A model generated the notes under the pieces. That model was given only the letters and a program-made list of their open reading frames with translations. It was not told the DNA's origin and did not search any database. The translations under genes were made by a program, and so were the position numbers. From Cyanobacteria bacterium J06626_4 (GTDB lineage Bacteria > Cyanobacteriota > Cyanobacteriia > Phormidesmidales > Phormidesmidaceae): a stretch of DNA of 16,434 nucleotides. Shown here piece after piece: positions 14,083-16,434 of this stretch (its first letter is position 1; each line of letters begins with the position of its first letter). The DNA lies in contig JBCBJQ010000124.1 of assembly GCA_038523235.1 (NCBI GenBank), positions 1 to 16,434 on the forward strand, written 5' to 3'.

Positions 14083-16434
14083 CTACGCAAACACCGGACG
14101 CCCTTCAAAACGTCCGAATTGTTCATAGTGATCGAATCCGCTACTGAAGCTGCCAGCAGTGACACCGGCGGCCACGTCGGCATTCAAGCTCAAATAGCTG
14201 GCCTCGTTGTACAGACTGCTAGGCGCCCGTCCCTCACTCTGTCCAGCCACGACAAAGTGTTCAAAGCCGTTGGGCAACTGTCCGCTCGCCACCGCCGCCG
14301 CGACATCCGGATTGTTCGCTAAGTAGAAACTTTCGTCATAGAGCGACAAAGGTAAGCGGTTCTCTTCAGCGCCAGACTCCACAAAGTGTTCAAAGCCGCT
14401 ACCAATGAGACCGTTATCGACTGCGGCGCTGATATCCGGGTTATTTGTCAGGTAATCTTCCTGACTGAACACGCTACTTGGGTCACGGTTCTCTAAATGA
14501 CCGACGTTGAGGAAATGGGTCAACCCACTCGACAAACTACCCTCATTAACCGCTGCAGCGACGTCAGCATTCATTTCCAGATAAAAGACTTCATCGTAGA
14601 GAATGCTGGGGGCGCGACCTTCTGAGATGCCGGCGCTCACAAAGTGAGCGTAGCCAGAGCTCAGTTGTCCACTACTAACTGCTGCAAGCACATCGGGGTT
14701 CTGGTCTAAATAGAAGCGCTCGTCAAAGAGTTGCGCCAATGCCAAGCCTCCTACTTCATCAGCAGGCGCGACGGCGCTGATGCCTTCAAACCGCAGGAAC
14801 TCCTCATAGTCAAACAGTCCCAGCGTCGTGGGTGTGCCTGGGCCTCCACCATTGCCATTGATGTTCAATGTCACAGCAGCGGTATCGGTCAGCAGCCCAT
14901 CACTCAGCACGTAGCTGAAGCCATCGGTGCCGGTGAAGCCCTCATTCGGGACGTAGACAAAGCTGCCGTCCTGATTGAGTTCTAGGATGCCGTTCTCTAC
15001 GCTGTCGGTATCACTCAAGCCAACGATTAAAACATCTCCGTTGGGGTCACTGTCATTACTCAGCACGTTGCCGCTGATGTTGATACCTTGCTCACCTTCA
15101 AAGATATCGTCAACGGCCACTGGCGCTTCATTGAACCCGGTCACGGTCACAGTAACGGCAGCAGTTGATTCCTCCAAACCATCACTGATGGTGTAGGTGA
15201 AAGTGTCTTCGCCATTGAAGCCTGCGGTGGGTGTGTAGGTGACAGTGCCATCTTCGTTAATGTCCACCGTTCCATTGGGCGCGGCATCGACTGCTGTGAT
15301 GCTTAGTTTGTCGTCAGCATCAGCGTCGGTGTCGTTGGCCAGCACTTCGATGACGACTGGCGTATCTTCCTCGGTGGTGGCGGTATCCTCCACCGCGACA
15401 GGGGCTTCGTTGATGTTGGTGACGGTTACAGCCACTGACCCGGTTACTTCCTCTGAGCCGTCGCTGACGGTGTAGGTAAAGGAATCCTCTCCACTAAATC
15501 CGACAGTGGGCGTATAGGTGACGGTGCCGTCATCGTTGATTGCCGCCGTCCCGCTGGTTGGAGTTCCTACCGCTGTCACGGTCAATTCGTCGGCATCAGC
15601 ATCGGTGTCGTTAGCCAGCACTTCGATAGTGACTGGCGCATCTTCCTCGGTAGTGGCCGTATCTTCGTTGGCTACAGGCGCTTCATTGAGGTTGTTAACA
15701 GTCACGGCCACCGACGCAGTGACTTCTTCCGAGCCATCACTGATGGTGTAAGTGAAGGAGTCTTCGCCGCTGAAGCCAGCAGTCGGCGTGTAAGTAACAG
15801 TGCCATCTTCATTGATGACGACTTCGCCGTTGGTGGCAGTGCCCACTGCTGTGACGGTCAATTCGTCCGCATCGGCATCAGTATCGTTGGCCAGTACAGT
15901 AATTGTGACTGGCAGATCTTCATCAGTGGTCGCTGTGTCCTCAACTGCCACGGGTGCTTCGTTGACGTTGTTAACCGTCACCGCCACCGAGCCAGTGGTT
16001 TCCTCAGTGCCGTCGCTGACGGTATAGGTGAAGGTATCTTCACCGCTGAAGCCCGCGTTCGGTGTGTAGGTAACGGTACCGTCTTCGCTCAGAGTCGCTT
16101 CGCCATTGGTGGCAGCACCCACGGCGGTGACGCTGAGTTCATCGCCATCCGCATCGGTGTCGTTGGTTAACACCGGCACGTCGATGGCGACATCTTCATC
16201 GGTGGTGGCTGTATCTTCAACGGCCACGGGTGCTTCGTTGACGTTGTTGACGGTGACCGCGACGGTGCCGGTGGTTTCTGCTTCGCCATCGCTGACGGTG
16301 TAGGTGAACGTATCTTCACCACTAAAGCCCGTGTTCGGCGTGTAGGTAACGGTGCCGTCTTCGCTCAGAGTCGCTTCGCCATTGGTGGCAGCACCGACGG
16401 CGGTGACACTGAGTTCATCGCCATCGGCATCGGT
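14083..16434 (-). CDS. Large acidic surface protein/adhesin with tandem Ig-like (cadherin-like, tandem-95-type) repeats; 5' end outside the window
   Basis: The frame stays open from 16434 to the stop at 14083. It carries NEAPVAVEDTATT.ED...NDTDAD.D.L...GTVTYTP..GFSGEDTFTYTVSDG repeats. Confidence 0.95.
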   Translation of the reverse strand, partial: TDADGDELSVTAVGAATNGEATLSEDGTVTYTPNTGFSGEDTFTYTVSDGEAETTGTVAVTVNNVNEAPVAVEDTATTDEDVAIDVPVLTNDTDADGDELSVTAVGAATNGEATLSEDGTVTYTPNAGFSGEDTFTYTVSDGTEETTGSVAVTVNNVNEAPVAVEDTATTDEDLPVTITVLANDTDADADELTVTAVGTATNGEVVINEDGTVTYTPTAGFSGEDSFTYTISDGSEEVTASVAVTVNNLNEAPVANEDTATTEEDAPVTIEVLANDTDADADELTVTAVGTPTSGTAAINDDGTVTYTPTVGFSGEDSFTYTVSDGSEEVTGSVAVTVTNINEAPVAVEDTATTEEDTPVVIEVLANDTDADADDKLSITAVDAAPNGTVDINEDGTVTYTPTAGFNGEDTFTYTISDGLEESTAAVTVTVTGFNEAPVAVDDIFEGEQGINISGNVLSNDSDPNGDVLIVGLSDTDSVENGILELNQDGSFVYVPNEGFTGTDGFSYVLSDGLLTDTAAVTLNINGNGGGPGTPTTLGLFDYEEFLRFEGISAVAPADEVGGLALAQLFDERFYLDQNPDVLAAVSSGQLSSGYAHFVSAGISEGRAPSILYDEVFYLEMNADVAAAVNEGSLSSGLTHFLNVGHLENRDPSSVFSQEDYLTNNPDISAAVDNGLIGSGFEHFVESGAEENRLPLSLYDESFYLANNPDVAAAVASGQLPNGFEHFVVAGQSEGRAPSSLYNEASYLSLNADVAAGVTAGSFSSGFDHYEQFGRFEGRPVFA
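14086..14730 (-). repeat. Five 43-aa C-terminal repeats (FDExFYLxxNPDVxxAV...HFxxxGxxEGRxP)
   Basis: Five units of 129 nt read directly from the translation, ending at the stop codon. Confidence 0.9.
14862..16434 (-). repeat. Tandem 276-279 nt Ig-like repeats (5 complete plus 1 partial)
   Basis: NEAP starts at 16239, 15963, 15687, 15411 and 15132. Confidence 0.92.

Noticed and set aside
14975..16303. Repeating + strand Ser/Val/Thr-rich ORFs
   Set aside because: Antisense shadows of the Ig repeats.
1..16434. CRISPR array, tRNA, rRNA, reverse transcriptase or a recognisable defence operon
   Set aside because: No repeat-spacer periodicity, cloverleaf or relevant catalytic motifs were seen.

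Overview
Cyanobacterial accessory region: 19 HIP1 octamers (GCGATCGC) counted by eye in the first 14 kb. From left to right it holds a partial IS630-family element inserted at a TA inside a DUF6326-like membrane gene, then a tight + strand run of small genes (cupin, FlaR/adenylate-kinase-like NTPase, SAM methyltransferase, VOC protein, DoxX-like protein). Next come a DUF1772 gene and an NAD(P)H-binding reductase divergent from an AraC regulator, an RTX Ca-binding protein, several unrelated singleton genes, a secreted beta-rich protein, and the 3' part of a very large Ig-repeat surface protein. The most unusual layer is a set of very small structured insertions. One is a 50-bp hairpin sitting exactly in the transposase slippery A-run, another is a 24-bp in-frame insert splitting a HIP1 site in the VOC gene, and there are two REP-like inverted doublets. 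An unannotated 34-aa hydrophobic ORF and a frameshifted signal-peptide remnant are also visible. No clearly new multi-gene system can be demonstrated from the sequence alone. Family names come from motif recognition, not from database searches.
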